Source: Fimbriosthenelais zetlandica (lineage: Eukaryota). From it: DNA of 64,000 nucleotides. A program made the position numbers and the translations under genes. The notes beneath the pieces were generated by a model. The model did not search any database and had not been told where the DNA came from. It saw only the letters and a program-made list of their open reading frames with translations. The DNA lies in contig OZ365110.1 in NCBI GenBank assembly GCA_977030845.1, positions 20,708,001-20,772,000 of the forward strand, given 5' to 3'. This document shows positions 15,001 through 29,349 of the stretch, in pieces (position 1 is the stretch's first letter; each line of letters begins with the position of its first letter).

Positions 15001-15754
15001 TCCATTAGTGCCTCTCGTGGTCGGGTAAATTTCTTTATACAGGAACTCAAAAAAGAGAGATAAACCTTCAAATCAATATTCATTAAACAATTCCCAGTGC
15101 TTCACTAGTTATTGCAGTCGTCAGTTTAATTTGGTGGCAGTTCTATGTTAGCGAGGAACATGCGAAGCCATATCCTCTTGATGGTAGGTAAAGAGGAAGC
15201 CATTTTGGTTGTTTTGGCCTGTAAGAGCCCTCCAAATGTCCATATTAACCAATAATAACCAAGAATACCATCTGGGTGTATATGAATGGCTCTTTCATAG
15301 GGCTCTAATGAGAGAAATGCATCAAACACTTAAATTTTACAGCGGGTGTTGCATCCTACTTTTTCACATTCCGATGGCAAGTGGACAAGAAATGCAGCCA
15401 CATCACGACATCATGCGTTCAATGCTAATCCAAGGTGATGAAATAAGAGACACTGGCTTGAGGAAAATTACAAATCGCTATGAGTAAATCCCATCGTGTG
15501 TGGGGAGGTTCTGCAAGGGGGATGGTGGTAAGACATGGGGGATCCTTTTTCAAGGGCGGTTCAAGTAACAAGAGCAGCATTTTGGATCAATGGTGTTAGG
15601 AACATGATTGGCGCAGCAAGGTAAGGCCATGTTAAGACAAATGCCTTTCAATGGGACCTGTAATCCAGCCGTTTGTAAGCAGCTGAAGATGATCAGGGTG
15701 GCTGTCATCAGGCGCTCGTTAAATTAAGAGCTGCTCAGCCAAAAACAGGAGCAA

Positions 15755-15990
15755 AACAGCCGAGTGGGGAGGAAGGGGAGTGGGCGAGGGAAGAGGGTAA
15801 CCAGAGGAGGAACATGACATATGGGGTAAGAGGAGGGAGAAGGCTATTTGATGGTGGAAGAGCAGGAGGAGGAGGTGGGGGAGCGGGAGGGGGATGATAA
15901 TGATGATGATGGGAGCAGCTCGCCCTTTGGCTGGTGGTGGGCTGGAGGAGATCAGTGGGAGAAACAGATAGAAGAGCTCCTCGCTCGTGG
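15755..15990. repeat. Purine-rich GGA/GAT low-complexity tract
   Basis: ggaggaggagg and gatgataatgatgatgatg runs; explains the IIIIII/LLLLL stretches in ORF 15719..16078. Confidence 0.7.
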
Positions 15991-18900
15991 TTGAAAGAGG
16001 AGGTTTGGAATACTCAGCCCAATGCTTCCATCGTTGTCGCATTCCATTGGTGCCATCAGTGGCTCCATGCAACAGCAACGACTCTCACTCCAACAACAGA
16101 ACTATCCAGGGTGGCATGGATCCTCAAATCATTCTTTTCCTCTATCAGAAATGTCTGTCCATAAACATTATCCCTCAAATCATTGATTCCGAATGCGGTC
16201 TTTTTTCGACTCTTTCGGTAAACTTATCCCCAAAAGGCCGTATATTTATTATAGAAAAGATGATATTAAAGATGAAACAATTCTTTTGCAAATCCATGAT
16301 TTCCATGCGGAATGAGTGAGTGGCTGCAAATGGTTTTTAACAGCAATGTGGATAGTATGCAGCAACTGATTGCACTGACTGCAAGTTCTTCCTCTTTTCG
16401 GGGGGTCGGCAGCGTGCAGAGGGCACAAAAGTAAGTACAAAAGGCCTATCAATACATGCCAAGCCTGTCCTCCCCAGGGTTGAATATGCTGAGTGTCGTA
16501 GCAATGGGTGCTTCATCACAATGTCAAAGAACCGAATACCTCCCGCTATCACCCACATACTGAAATGCGCCTCTTTTTACTCTCACTTTCACTACATGAG
16601 CTCCATGAACAGTTAAAGGTGAAAAACAAAAGGGGAGAACTATATGGATACATGAATAACTTCCAAACAACCACTTTTGTTTTCAATCACGTACATTTTC
16701 GTATGTGATCGTAAGCCTCTTGATCCTGGTTTTGTAATCTCTTTAATCTTCTGGACATTAGGTTTAAACCCTGGAATTCACATGCCATATAAAAAAGTGC
16801 GTTTAGGAGTAATTTGATGGATACTTCTTTTGAAATGACATGAATAAAATATAAGTTAAGGCCCATAAAAGTATGTTACTTTCATAATTATATTGACCAT
16901 CAGCCCTTAAAAACGAGGAGAGAAGGCATTTAGCAAGATAAGATGGTATTTCAGATATAAAGGTGCGAACCACAGGAAGACCATTATCTAAAGTGTCCTC
17001 ACATTCTTCGAATGCCCTTGTGGAGGCCACCGCCATGATGTACAACAATCCCGCACCTATTGGACAGCCTGAGTCATTAGAGAGTCACAGAGAGTGAAGG
17101 GGAAGTCTTATAATGAACCCCAACACCGTATACAACACACAAGATAGAGAGATATACACAGGGTAATGTTTTTTCTTGATATGTGGAAGAGGGTATATAT
17201 ATTGTGGAGGAGAGGGCCTTACCAGACTGGCCCTCAGTATTTTATACAGACGCTGTATAGGACCTCAGCTTCGGAGGACCCACCATTTTCACCTGACCCT
17301 CATTCTTCCTGTTGCTGATAATTTACCACCTTCTAAGCCCATTATTCCTCCTCATTTCAGTCTGGAGATATGGGAAGTGTTTTCTGAATGGTCTCAGCCT
17401 TGCCTAGAGGTCTTACTGTCTTTAACCTTATGTGATCTTTCACCGCCATTGATGGCACCATTGTGATGGGAAACATAAATAAGGACCGTTTTTCATTGTG
17501 CTTTCTTGGGTCATTTCGACTCGTCCATAACTATCTGTCCCCTAGGACCATGTCCTATTGGGGAATATCAAGATGTGAAAAGACTGGATGGAGTCGGGTT
17601 CGGAATGCCATAATCCATGATGTAGGGGTATACATTTGGGCGAGTCAGAGAAAGGGCCATAGACAATGTAATATGTCTCAAACCCAATACATCACTTTTC
17701 TATTATCTTTGGACTTTTTTCATTATGGAGGGTAGCTGGTGTGTAAGACATTGTGTATAAGAATTCCTACAAGAATTGGGAAACAAAATTTTAAGAAAGG
17801 AAGATTGGGATATTGGGAGAGCCTGGTTTCCTTCTACATAAGCATGCGTCCTCTAAGCAATCTGAGGAAATACCAGGCGGGGAATGCATGGGTATGTGAA
17901 AAGAAGGAGTGATGGAATCTGTGTGTGCGTGTGTTGTATGTGATGGTAGAGTGACAGCAATCAAAGCAGCATCTTGTGTCACCATGTATAAGTTATCAGA
18001 AGCCATGGTGACGGCCCCCACAGTTCACCTTTGTAGTGCTGTCAACAGCGCCCCTCAACGTCTCCCCAGAGCAGTGCACCACTCCCTTCCTGCTCTTCCA
18101 AATGCCTTTACTTCCCACAGATTACCACCCAAGCCTCTCTCCCCATCCATTAGGTCAGTCATAAGACCAGAAAAAAAAGAAATAAATGCCCTCCGCAAAG
18201 GTTCATATTTGATTTTGTCATCATAAAATGTGATGGTGCACAGGGGAGGTGTGTTAGGGAGAAGGGTGGGCACTTTGTGTTCACAGATCGTATGATTATT
18301 TCAAGCCATCACCAAGCCTGGGTCACATACGGAGAAGAGAGGCCATAAAATGTAGAGACGACTCCAGTATGTGTTTATACCCCGTGTAGGTCGCATGCCC
18401 TTCTCCGGAAGGTCCCATTTGGCCGGCGGTTTAATGCCCTGGCAGGAAACGTCGTCACCATGGAGGAGTTCAAGGGAGGGCTTGTTTGGGCTCAAAAGGG
18501 CGTCTAATTACCCGGGGAAAGCCTCCACACAGGTCCTCCCCGCCCGCCCCCCATTACTCCACTCAAGTCATTATCACTGGTATTATGTCATAACAAAACC
18601 TGCCTCCAAATGAATGTCTTCCCGATAGCTTTTTACCGTTGTCCACAGAACGATTACCCTTCAAAAATTATCGCCCAGCCTATCCGTCTCCTGCCTTTAT
18701 TATCTAATATATTACGGGCCAAAGGAAATGATCGTTTAATACCGGTAAAAAAGGCGGACAGGTGATGATGTAATAGTTTCTATCCACACCCCGCCAATAC
18801 CCACTCTCAGCCAGGGTTGATGTCGAGGCAACATTTGGAGGGCACAAAATCTTTGAAGTCTTTTTTTTACCCCGCACCAGGCATGTCACGTGAGCTCGCG

Positions 18901-21900
18901 CGTGGAATCGGGAATTTTTGAAAGGAGAGCGGTTCTCTCTGACAGAGCCGACCGCCCATGGAACTAGCTTAAATTCTCTTAGTAGCGAGCATGCAGCAAC
19001 TGGGGAAGAACTAGGTACAGCGACGAGCTACCTGTTGTTTGGTTAATGTTACTTGGATTAATGTCAACGAACCATAAATTATAACTCTTCAAACTGACAT
19101 TTGATTCTCTAAATTACAGATAGAAGAAGCCGAAATAGTGACCAAAAAATCAAGAGTGGCAACAAGTAACGAAGGATGAAAATAAAAATATGATGATGAA
19201 AAGAATATGAAGAACAGGGATAAGAAAGGAGGAGGAAGAGTATTGCATGTGAGCTAAAAGCTGTGCGTGAAAGGGTACAGAGGGAAAATGAACAAGGAAA
19301 AAGTAAAATGCTTTCCTTTGGGCTTCAATAACAATCGCTTGTGTAGAGGAGCGTTCGGTAATGCTCATGATCGAATGAAAACGAGTGAACGACTTGTTAA
19401 TAAACTGAAACTGTAGCAACAGAATGGACGAAAATGTACACAAAGTTTAAAGGATGAAGAGTTAAGAACGAAGTGGTAGAAAAAAAGGAAGGTGCTCATT
19501 TGCTTCCCAAAAATATAATAATTTTGCTGGATATACATCATATTTGAAATTGACTCTATCCAATAACGCATCATTACACAAATAATCTAAATACATGAAA
19601 ATCAACTCACAGAATGATTAAAACCTATGGAACCCTACCCCTATACCCAACACCACCCCACAGACATGCACACACCCCACCTCTACCCCTTGTCGACATC
19701 CATGGTTCCATCTCAATCCAGCATGATAGAAATGTGATGATTGTGTCCCAATATGAGAGAGCCATCGATTGCTATGCACAAACCAAACACTGGCCTCTCG
19801 GACAAGGTCCCAAAGGGTGGCTTCTCCCCAGCCCTCGTCCACACTCCATATTACTTGGTGGTCCATTCACACCAAAAGCGGCCACCAATGACTCACGCTG
19901 CCCCCTTAATACAATTAACACCACACACGAAATCCTAATCAGCAAATAAAGGTTCGTAATTGGATGCTTCCAGTTCATTACTTCAAACAACATAATTTCG
20001 TTTTGAAACCTATTTCGATTGGTACTTTCCGCAGGGTGGACTTGTGAAACCAACACGCAGGCGCTTTTTTATTTCCAGATGTTCAAAGCTATCATCACAT
20101 AGTGTGACTTTGATGAGGGATCTATAATCCATGAGCATTCCGACTAAAAGGCAAAGGAAAGTGTTGCCCTATGCATGGTAAATACATCACAGGTAAATTA
20201 TTAAAGGAACCAGAAATTTTCACCAAATTTGGGAGAGTTCACCCTAACAACCCGAGCCCCGAAATTCCCACAACATACACTAACAACTTGAGCCAAGGAT
20301 TGTTTTTCCATAGACTAATGACCCGATGTCCTGAGAAAAATCCCTAAAACAATTACTCAATTTCAGAGCGTTTCAGAGATATGAGCGATGATTAGACCAA
20401 CATGTACTTAAAGCTAATCACAAAGTGAAGCCATTAGCCTTCGATCATATCAAAATGAGGTCAGAAATTCCCATTATCATCACTCAACCTACATCCCTAC
20501 ATACAAACAGAAAAACAGCTCAAGGGGAGATAGCTTTGTTAAAGCCTTACAGAGTACTATAAAACCTTATCCTCCTCCAACCATCCATGACCGAGCGCAA
20601 ATGATTACATGTACTCTTTTAATGAGCAACTGAAGTTATCTAAATATGAGCACCTGATAATACAATGAGAAGCTCAGGATCATGTACATGCTCTCTGTTG
20701 TGCCTCGCAGTTGATCGACTTCTATTTCGCTCACACCAATCTGTCACAAGCAACTGATGGCTGGCCAAGTACAACAGATAATACATCAATTGCTATTCCA
20801 TTCACATGACGGATGCTGACCCCAGTGTTCTCACAAAGTCCAGAGCTATTACATTACATCATATTCATAACTGACTGGCTTTATTGCATGCAGGACTATG
20901 CTGGCAGGTTTTATAGCACTCAAACATACAGACAGCAGCAGACCTCCCTATACAGGATCAAACTAAACATCAACCTGCTGAATGTGTGGGGGTGTTGGGC
21001 ACGGCAAAGGCAGTCAATACTCTAAAACCAAAGGCTTGAATAACGGAATCACTTCATATAAGTTTCTGCTTGGTTGTTCTGAAAACCAGATTCATTCTTT
21101 GTCCAGCAATGGCTTTCATATACATCCTAAAAGATACATACAAATACCCACAAAGGAAGTTCATTAGGGTCACTGTCTGTTACGGTATTGACCAAAAACT
21201 TCCTTATGCCAAAAAGACATCTCTGTCATTGTCGACGGTAGGCATTTAACTGCTTCCCATGTTTCTATCCGTGCTTTTGCATCAAACATTGCACTCGAAC
21301 CAAGAGATTCTTCAACACCGAATTAACATTTTGTTGAATACCATAATCGATCAACTGGCTTTGATAATGATCTCACTATGTAATTAACGCAAAGAAATAG
21401 ACGACGCAAAGCCATCTTGCTAAGTGAAAAATGTGCTGATAATAAATGCAATGGAACGGGTCTGAATGGAGAACGGGTATATTGAGTTATAGATAGGCAT
21501 GTATGATCATCTGCCCCCATGTCTGATCAGGGGTGAGGATATACAAAGGGGTGGGGAGGGAAATGGGTTGAAAGGGGTGGAGAGAGATTTGGGAGGAACG
21601 GTCTGGTTCGTGATAAAGGCAACACACATTTCAAAAGCCCCAGGCCGTGAGGAATGCGTGTTTGCTGTAATAATAGGCTGTGCACTAATTGAACTCACTG
21701 GATGAGTCGCTCAGAATTGCTCATGTGTGAGTAGATAGATAGCATCTGAGGGCTAGCCGCTGGCGCTGCTGCTTACTAGCTTTGTCACAGGCCTCCAAAT
21801 AATATTTTTACCCATGTAACCTACTCAAGTTACACAAGTAGTTCTTATTTTGATACGGTATATTTTGTTCCTAATAATTGCACGTTGATTTAATGAAGAG

Positions 21901-24360
21901 TGGGATACAGAAGGGGTCGGTAAGGAGACAGGTGCTGACGAAAAACAAATCATCAAGATAGATGATGAACGCAATGCCAGCTACAAAATTATCGTATGTG
22001 AAGGGAACGTGTGGACATCTAATACTCCTGCTGCCGCCTCTACAGCTTCTGCTTTGAGTATATTAGCATAAAGAGATATGCGAGACTGGTGCTGCGACCT
22101 TTTCCCCTGACGGATTACGATAAAACCAGGCCGAGTTCTCGTTGGGATCTCAGGTCTCGCCAACGTTCCAATGTGACGCTGAGTCAACAGAGGAAGACAA
22201 ATACAAGTCATCCGACATGACAAGCGATAACGGCTCAGCTGAGCGCGCTCAGAAAACCTACTTTATCAGGGGAGTACATGTCCCAAAACAGGTCCCATCG
22301 TAGCCTAGTCCATATGGCATATCTCATTAACACCATAACCATTAACACTTATCGATTCCCCCCAAGCTAGCAAGCATCACTCTATCCTCTATGCCAATTT
22401 GAGTTAATCGAGACACATCAAAGACTAACCATACTGAACCTCTAGAGTTCTGGTCTGATCATGATGTGTCAGAGGGTGTAGCTTAGGGTGTTGGTCCAAG
22501 GGGAGCCCATTTCTCTTGGGAGGAGGGCAGACTCTGACACATTGCATTGGTTTCTGTATTGTTTTAATTATCTAGCAAGAGATATCGATTGTTTTTTTTG
22601 TATCCAGCACTGAACGTGTCATGAATCAATTGCTGTGGCATGATCCACTGTAATCGCGATATTTGATATAGATCAACAAGGAATCTAATACTTTCTAATA
22701 TTTTGAAATTTAGCCGAGAACATATTATAGGCTATCGGTAGAAATGGACCAAAACCGCAAGGGGTTACTGCATGCAATCAAACTCCAATTTGACAGAGTT
22801 AAATAGCAAGAAGGTAAGACTTAAAACGCATGTGAGAATAAATTATTGAAAATGTAGATTGCAATTGCCATTTTAAATGCCGAGAACGTCTATTTTAAAA
22901 GAAAAACATCACCTGTTGACAGTGTATAAACCGTAAGCATATTAGCATCTGAAGAGGGGCTGAAGGTCTATACACAGAAGCTTTGCCTACCAGAAGATGT
23001 TTGAGGTAGCGTTTGTGTATGTGGACGCAGGTGGTGAACATTGATGATGTGTCTGTCTCTGATGTCGTCGTTGAGCAGGCCACGGCAAGAGTAACATGAC
23101 CACAAATGAGCCAAATTCACATCAGGCGCAAAAACGTGCCATTACTGAATGTGACTTGCATACCTTGATCGTCTCATGATACCAGGTGAAAGATATTCTG
23201 ACTCATAGTCTCTGTATGGAGGTCTGGATGATGGGGGGATGGGGAACATGGGGGTCAGTGAGTGAATAGGGGCATTGCAGCGTGTTCCTGCAAGAGAGGA
23301 TAAAGGTACATAGAGGCAGTTTGGGGAGAGAGACGTTAATTAATGCCTGGATCTTTGGCTGATGAAACAAGAGCTCAACAGAGCATAAACTGACCCCAGA
23401 AGTAAGGACAAATAATGATCAAAAGATATAGTCATCAAAATGTGTGAACTTCAATAAAGAGTGCATGGTCATGAGGTTTGTAAACCAGAATTGTGGAGTC
23501 AGATGCCTACGCCGCCTGAATGAACCCCTATTATAGGTAGAAAATGTATAAACCAAAAATCTATAAATTGGTAAAAATCTATAAATTCGAAGTTAAGTAA
23601 ACACCGTTAGTTCATAATGGTTTCATGCCCTGTCAGGCATTGCTGATCACAAGTTTTATTTAAAGTCGAGGACACCTGCGCCAACAGCAACAAAAGAAAT
23701 ATTTGGGGGAGAAAAGTTATTCCTTTGAAGGTGAAGATAAGTAAGAGATGAAGAAAAAGAAGTCAGAGTACCAGTAGCACAGTGGTAGAGATATCCATGG
23801 TAGGGTATAATCTGTATTTACCATTCTAGGCAGTACGGTGAGGCATTCCCCAAGCATCATCATTATGATCTGTCACTGTCAGCTCATTCATCAGCTCCAA
23901 GACCCATTGTCCCGGCCCAAGTAGCCAACAGTTCCTTAGCAAACATATCATTCACCTAGACCGGGGCTAGGCTCGCTATCTTCCCCCTCCTCTCCTCCAC
24001 CGGCCTTCCTCGCTGCTCAATCTTGTACCGGTATAAATGGTAGGTTCTGATCGTTAAAGTCCTCGCCAAATCTGATTTTACACCGACCAAGAACATGAGG
24101 GATTAGCAGCCCGATGACTTCTCATGACCTCCCAACTAACTAACCCCAGGCCCACCTACCCACCGCTCCTCTTGTACTCCCACTAGACCCCCAAGTCTAC
24201 CTCCATACTTATGGAAGGCAAGGTCAGGTGTGGTTGGTCGAAGGTACATCGTACACGGCTAAATGTATCTCATTTCTCGTTGCAAATGAATCCATATGAT
24301 GGATGTTTTGGTGCAGGATGCTTATTTAATATTGGATTAACGTACGCACTATTTTGATGC

Positions 24361-24464
24361 GAGTAGTGTATGAAAATGAACCTATACCGATGGCTGCACC
24401 ACGAGTAGTATATGGAAATGAACCTAAGTGTAGGGCTGCACCATGTGTAGAATATGGTAATGAA
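24361..24464. repeat. 42-bp minisatellite, about 2.5 diverged copies
   Basis: gagtagtgtatgaaaatgaacctataccgatggctgcaccac / gagtagtatatggaaatgaacctaagtgtagggctgcaccat / gtgtagaatatggtaatgaa. Confidence 0.85.
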
Positions 24465-24612
24465 TAAAAATAGCCTTATTAATCAAGTTATTCACCAGTA
24501 AGTATTATTATATTGATGTGCAAAGCGTATTCCCAGAGATGAACCTAGAGAAATTATTATTATTAGAAATTAACTAAAATTAGAGAAAGGCAAAAGCCTG
24601 TGGTAAGCAGAC

Positions 24613-24770
24613 CTGGTTGTATGTAGAGTTGTAGAGAGCGGCAATGATGGGTTTGTCGTGGCTCATGATCCTATCCTTGATTTCCGGTTTCATTTCCAGC
24701 ACCGTCAGCTGGTAGTTGAATGTAATGAAGAGTTTGTACCTTATCTCATCAAAGAAAAGCGTGCTGATTA
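24613..24770 (-). CDS. WDR49: WDR49-like exon: (V)ISTLFFDEIRYKLFITFNYQLTVLEMKPEIKDRIMSHDKPIIAALYNSTYNQ
   Basis: Acceptor tcacttttcag|TA, donor CAG|gtctgc; 158 nt, phase 1 to 0; absent from the ORF track. Confidence 0.92.
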
Positions 24771-27700
24771 CTGAAAAGTGAACAGAGACCAGTTAGATAT
24801 CCCATCACTACTGGCATCAATCATAAATCTCAAAAGTTTCATACTTATCAATCGTGTATCAATTTACTTGAGAGATTTTCCCCTAGGAAGAATTAATATC
24901 ACGTTACAATAATAGTAATAAGGTATCATTCTGCCAAACTTAGATTTTGATCAATAAGGCAGGTGAAGTGTTTATAGCCATGTTGTCGTACTTTATGCAT
25001 CACAATTGTTTATCTGTTGATCTCAGTTTGTCTAACCCCTAAAAAAAACCCAGATACCTAGTGTGAATGAATGTGTAATATTTCTTACTGCAATTTGAGA
25101 GATTTTGTGCATAATAAAACATTATAGTAGGGCGCTCATAAAAGCTGTTTCTTGACATGCTCTGTAAACTGAAACACCAGTGAGCAAAGCTTTAAGGTGA
25201 ACTTGTGATTTATTTAGCAAAGAATTAGACCATATCTCATAAAATATTACCTACCATACATCGCATAGACTTACGTGTATTGATTATCCATATATCTTAA
25301 TCACAGGGTGTTTTATTACCCCACAATAAGAGTTCCCAAGGTGAACCAAGGAACACCAAGAACGTGCCAATATATTCATACATTGATCGGAGGAAAGTAA
25401 TTGGAAAGGGTATACATATGCAAAGTCACGTTAAGGCATTATACATCTTTAAAAGTCCATTTTACAAGGTCCCCAAAGACTTTAGTCATATTTAAAGGCG
25501 AGGATATTGGCAGAGGCTGCCTTTTATTTATGTTCTCTCGTGGGGGACAGAGCCTAGCAATGCCTGTCAAATTTTAAAGCCTTCTGATTGAGGCCTTTTG
25601 AATCTCATCCCTGACAGGCGTGCTCTTGTCACGTGGCTTTTCTTTGACACACGATTGGTGGACGTTCCCATGGATGCCTTCTGATGCATCACAGAACATG
25701 TCTACGCAAATTACGCACTGGGTGGTTTTCGGAGGGGGGATCCAGGCTGGCCTAGGAGACGACAGGGAGGAGAGAATAATGAGGAGTAAGCTAACGCAGA
25801 GCGTGGATTATCTATTGTTTTCACCAACCACCCATGGAGCAAGCCGCAACCCCGGCCCCGTTATGACATCATTTGTTTTACCGCCCTGTGATCGTAAGAC
25901 AATACAAGCCCGCAACAGATGATCGACCATAACCGACGAGCAAGACAGCGACAAGACCGGGCCGACGGGAACCAACCATTCCATGTCAGCCTCATTTGTA
26001 AGGCAAGCTAAAGGGAAGATCTATCTACAGGTCCTGGCTGCTTTTTTCCTTGTCCAAGTAATTACAGAAGAGCGTAATGGGGTCTTTGTTCACCGGTCTC
26101 ATCTGGTACACCATGAAATGATAAGAATGTCAATAAGTAATGCTGAAAGGTTCCCAGACACAAATTTATCATAACACTGAAGATAGGTATTACGCTCATT
26201 TTTCTTCATTAGTTCAAACAATTAACATTGTCGGCATACTTTTCTGCTTGCTTTAACCGCTAAATGGGCAGCTCTAGCACCAACTGAAGCCTACCAAATT
26301 TTTGTCCGTATAGCATTTTAGAGCTTGAAATATTCCCATGAACAAAATTGATAGGACAGGAGCGTGTTGATGAATAAGTAAGGGAAGGAAATAAAGATAT
26401 AATGTTAAGTGGCTTTCTTATGGTATTTAATTTCCACGGTCTAGGGCAAAGAAAGAACATAAATGGTTATGTTACTAGCAAACTGCCTGACCCTGTTACA
26501 GCACCCCCACCTTTTTATGGCCTATGGATGTCGGCCCTGCCCTACAAATGGTCTGTGCCTGTAATCACATTTTGAAAGATCCAAATCACTTTTATATGAT
26601 AAAAAGCGAGCCAGCGAAACCTATTGGGACGATTGACATCGCTGTTTCGACTTTGATGAATGCCCGACACGAGAATTCCCGAACAAAGCCGAGGATTAAA
26701 ACTGAAAATACATCACAGCCGACCGCGACGTCTCAGCCTCGCTCTGGGACAGCGCAGAGCCTCATGGGAGTCATCGCAACTTCCGGCAGCCTTGAAAGAA
26801 CGGGGAATAGTTGAGCATCAGGTCTGCTTCACGTCTGGACATGGCAGCCAGAAAGAGGTTGGCCAGAAATGATTGGGGGCTAATTTGTATGCAAATGTGA
26901 CTCAACCGACCACCAACCAACCCTCGTCTTCATTACACTGTTGTTGAGCACTGCCTGTCAACTATAGCAATTTACCATGACCTAGTTTTTACCCGCAAAG
27001 TGAAGAGTAAAAGATCGCCCTTATCTATGAGGCGGAGTAGTTCACGAAATGGCTCGGATTTCATGATTGTCCAAGGAAGCCCTAATTTCAGTGGTGATAC
27101 GAAAAAAATACATATATCATATATCATTAAATTCCATCCTTCATAAATCTTTTGGGATCAAGATATATAGGCTGACATTTTCAAAGAATGTATGGCAAAA
27201 TATGATGTTACATGCCATATGCCTTAGATTAGATAGGTAGTTCTAAACAGACGTTCAGAGAACAATTTGGATATGGATGTTATAGCCTTGCCGAGAAGCC
27301 ACTTTTTGCTTGAACAGCGGTACTCGTAGAACTTATGTATTTATGCACTGTGCACGAAGAGTAGCAGTCCCGTTTGGGGATTTCTCCCATCCACACCCAC
27401 TCTCATTCTCATGTCCTCACGTCCCCTGACCCCTGCCCCCACATTCATTAAGAATTATAGCCTCACAAAGATCAAAGGACAGGTTACAGGCAACTTAATT
27501 CAGTCCTTATTTATGGTCATGACCACAAAATGCTGCAAGGTAAAACTGACCTATTCTTAAAAGAAGGCTAGCATTACACTTGACTTGAAGGAAGCGTGGT
27601 AAATTGTAATGCATTAATAACATAGTTTTCTGAACAATTGATGCAAAGGACATGCATAGACACATGAAATTCACCTCTCACTGATGTATATAGGGTTTTT

Positions 27701-29175
27701 GACAAATGATAGATCATATTTCGGTTCCAAGCGGAAACTGACTCAAAATATGAGAAGAATATATATGTATCTTATCTGTATACTCGTGCCCTATTAGTCA
27801 GTGACTCTGGCCTCCAATGCTTGCCCGCTATCGGTGCCCGCTAAAGCTTTATTTGTCAATTGACCTTTTAATAAGGCATTGCCGGCTCTTCATGGTCACT
27901 TAATGGCTTCCCATGGACGATATAAATGACCACCAGGCCCTGCTGGCCCTAAGCTCACCAATGCATCAGCCAAGCCGTGTTTTGTGTATACGTCCGCCTA
28001 CAAAACTGTGTTAACATACCAAAAGATAGCACCCAATCAAACAGAACATACCACACGAATCAGCCTTATTGTCAGAGGGAAAATATAAAGGGTCTAACAG
28101 CTGAGGCAGGTGGTAGGTCTTTCAACCCAGGCCTGTTCTCATACAATGATTGGCTGAAAGCGTTGACGAGACGTCTATTCAAACGGGGATTTATGATTAT
28201 GAGACCTGCTACAGTGGTGGGGCTAGAGAGTTGAGAGCCATGAAAAAAGGCCTCTCAGAAGTCAAATCGTTAGCACCATACCCTGTTTCTCACGTCTTAA
28301 AAGCGTTTCCAAAATGATGGAACTCCCTGGCCGTGGGGCTTGGCCTTATAGATGCTTTCAAGTCTTTTTCTTTAAAAATTCGATGCGATTTTTCTCTCGT
28401 GTGACTAACGGGGTTAAGACGATATGACATTTTGGTTTGGACGACAATATAATAGAAGATTACAATAACTGAATTTTAAGTGAAAAGGTGATGCGATCAA
28501 AATAATTTGTGGGGAACTTGAAGGGAATGTTGAATGGATTTATGATGCCATATCTACATCACCAAAAGTAATAAAGAAATATTTAATCATAAATTCTCTA
28601 TGTGCACCCGATGGGGAACATAAATCTAATGCCTCAGTTCAGCATCACTTACTGTGTACTCGTTCCTTTACTACTCCTTTGATACATTCTGATGCCATAA
28701 TACATCGATGAAATCCATTAGAATTAGATACATAGATATTTACATACAAAGTGGAGAAGGTAGTAGAAACTGACCTCAAATTATTTAGACGGTGATATTG
28801 ATAGAAGGGTTATACAATGTAGAACTCAATTAAATTCACTTAGGCCTATTTAAGCTGTCTTTGCTTTATTCACAGCCCTGCTACCTATAGATATTCAGGG
28901 CACAAATAATGTACTCTCATAGGATTAATGATAGCATCTTTATGCCTCTTTTCCATGGAGACGGTACTAACGAAGCATTGTTTATCCCCCTTCCCTCCTT
29001 TCATGCTGGCCTCCATTGATACTCAGTGAAATCGTACACCCATCCCTCAAACGAAGCCCTGCATGACTCTATGCCCAGGGACCCCCCATATATATCCCCC
29101 TGGCGGCCAAGCCTGGAACTGGCCATTATTTGTGGGCAGCACGCATGCGTGCAGTCTGTGCATATCGCGAGCTTA

Positions 29176-29349
<174 letters not shown>

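Noticed and set aside
16034-16078. LLHGATDGT in ORF 15719..16078 as the missing RLFTGSTDGT WD exon
   Set aside because: There is an in-frame stop a few codons upstream, no acceptor, and no following KxWDFNG.
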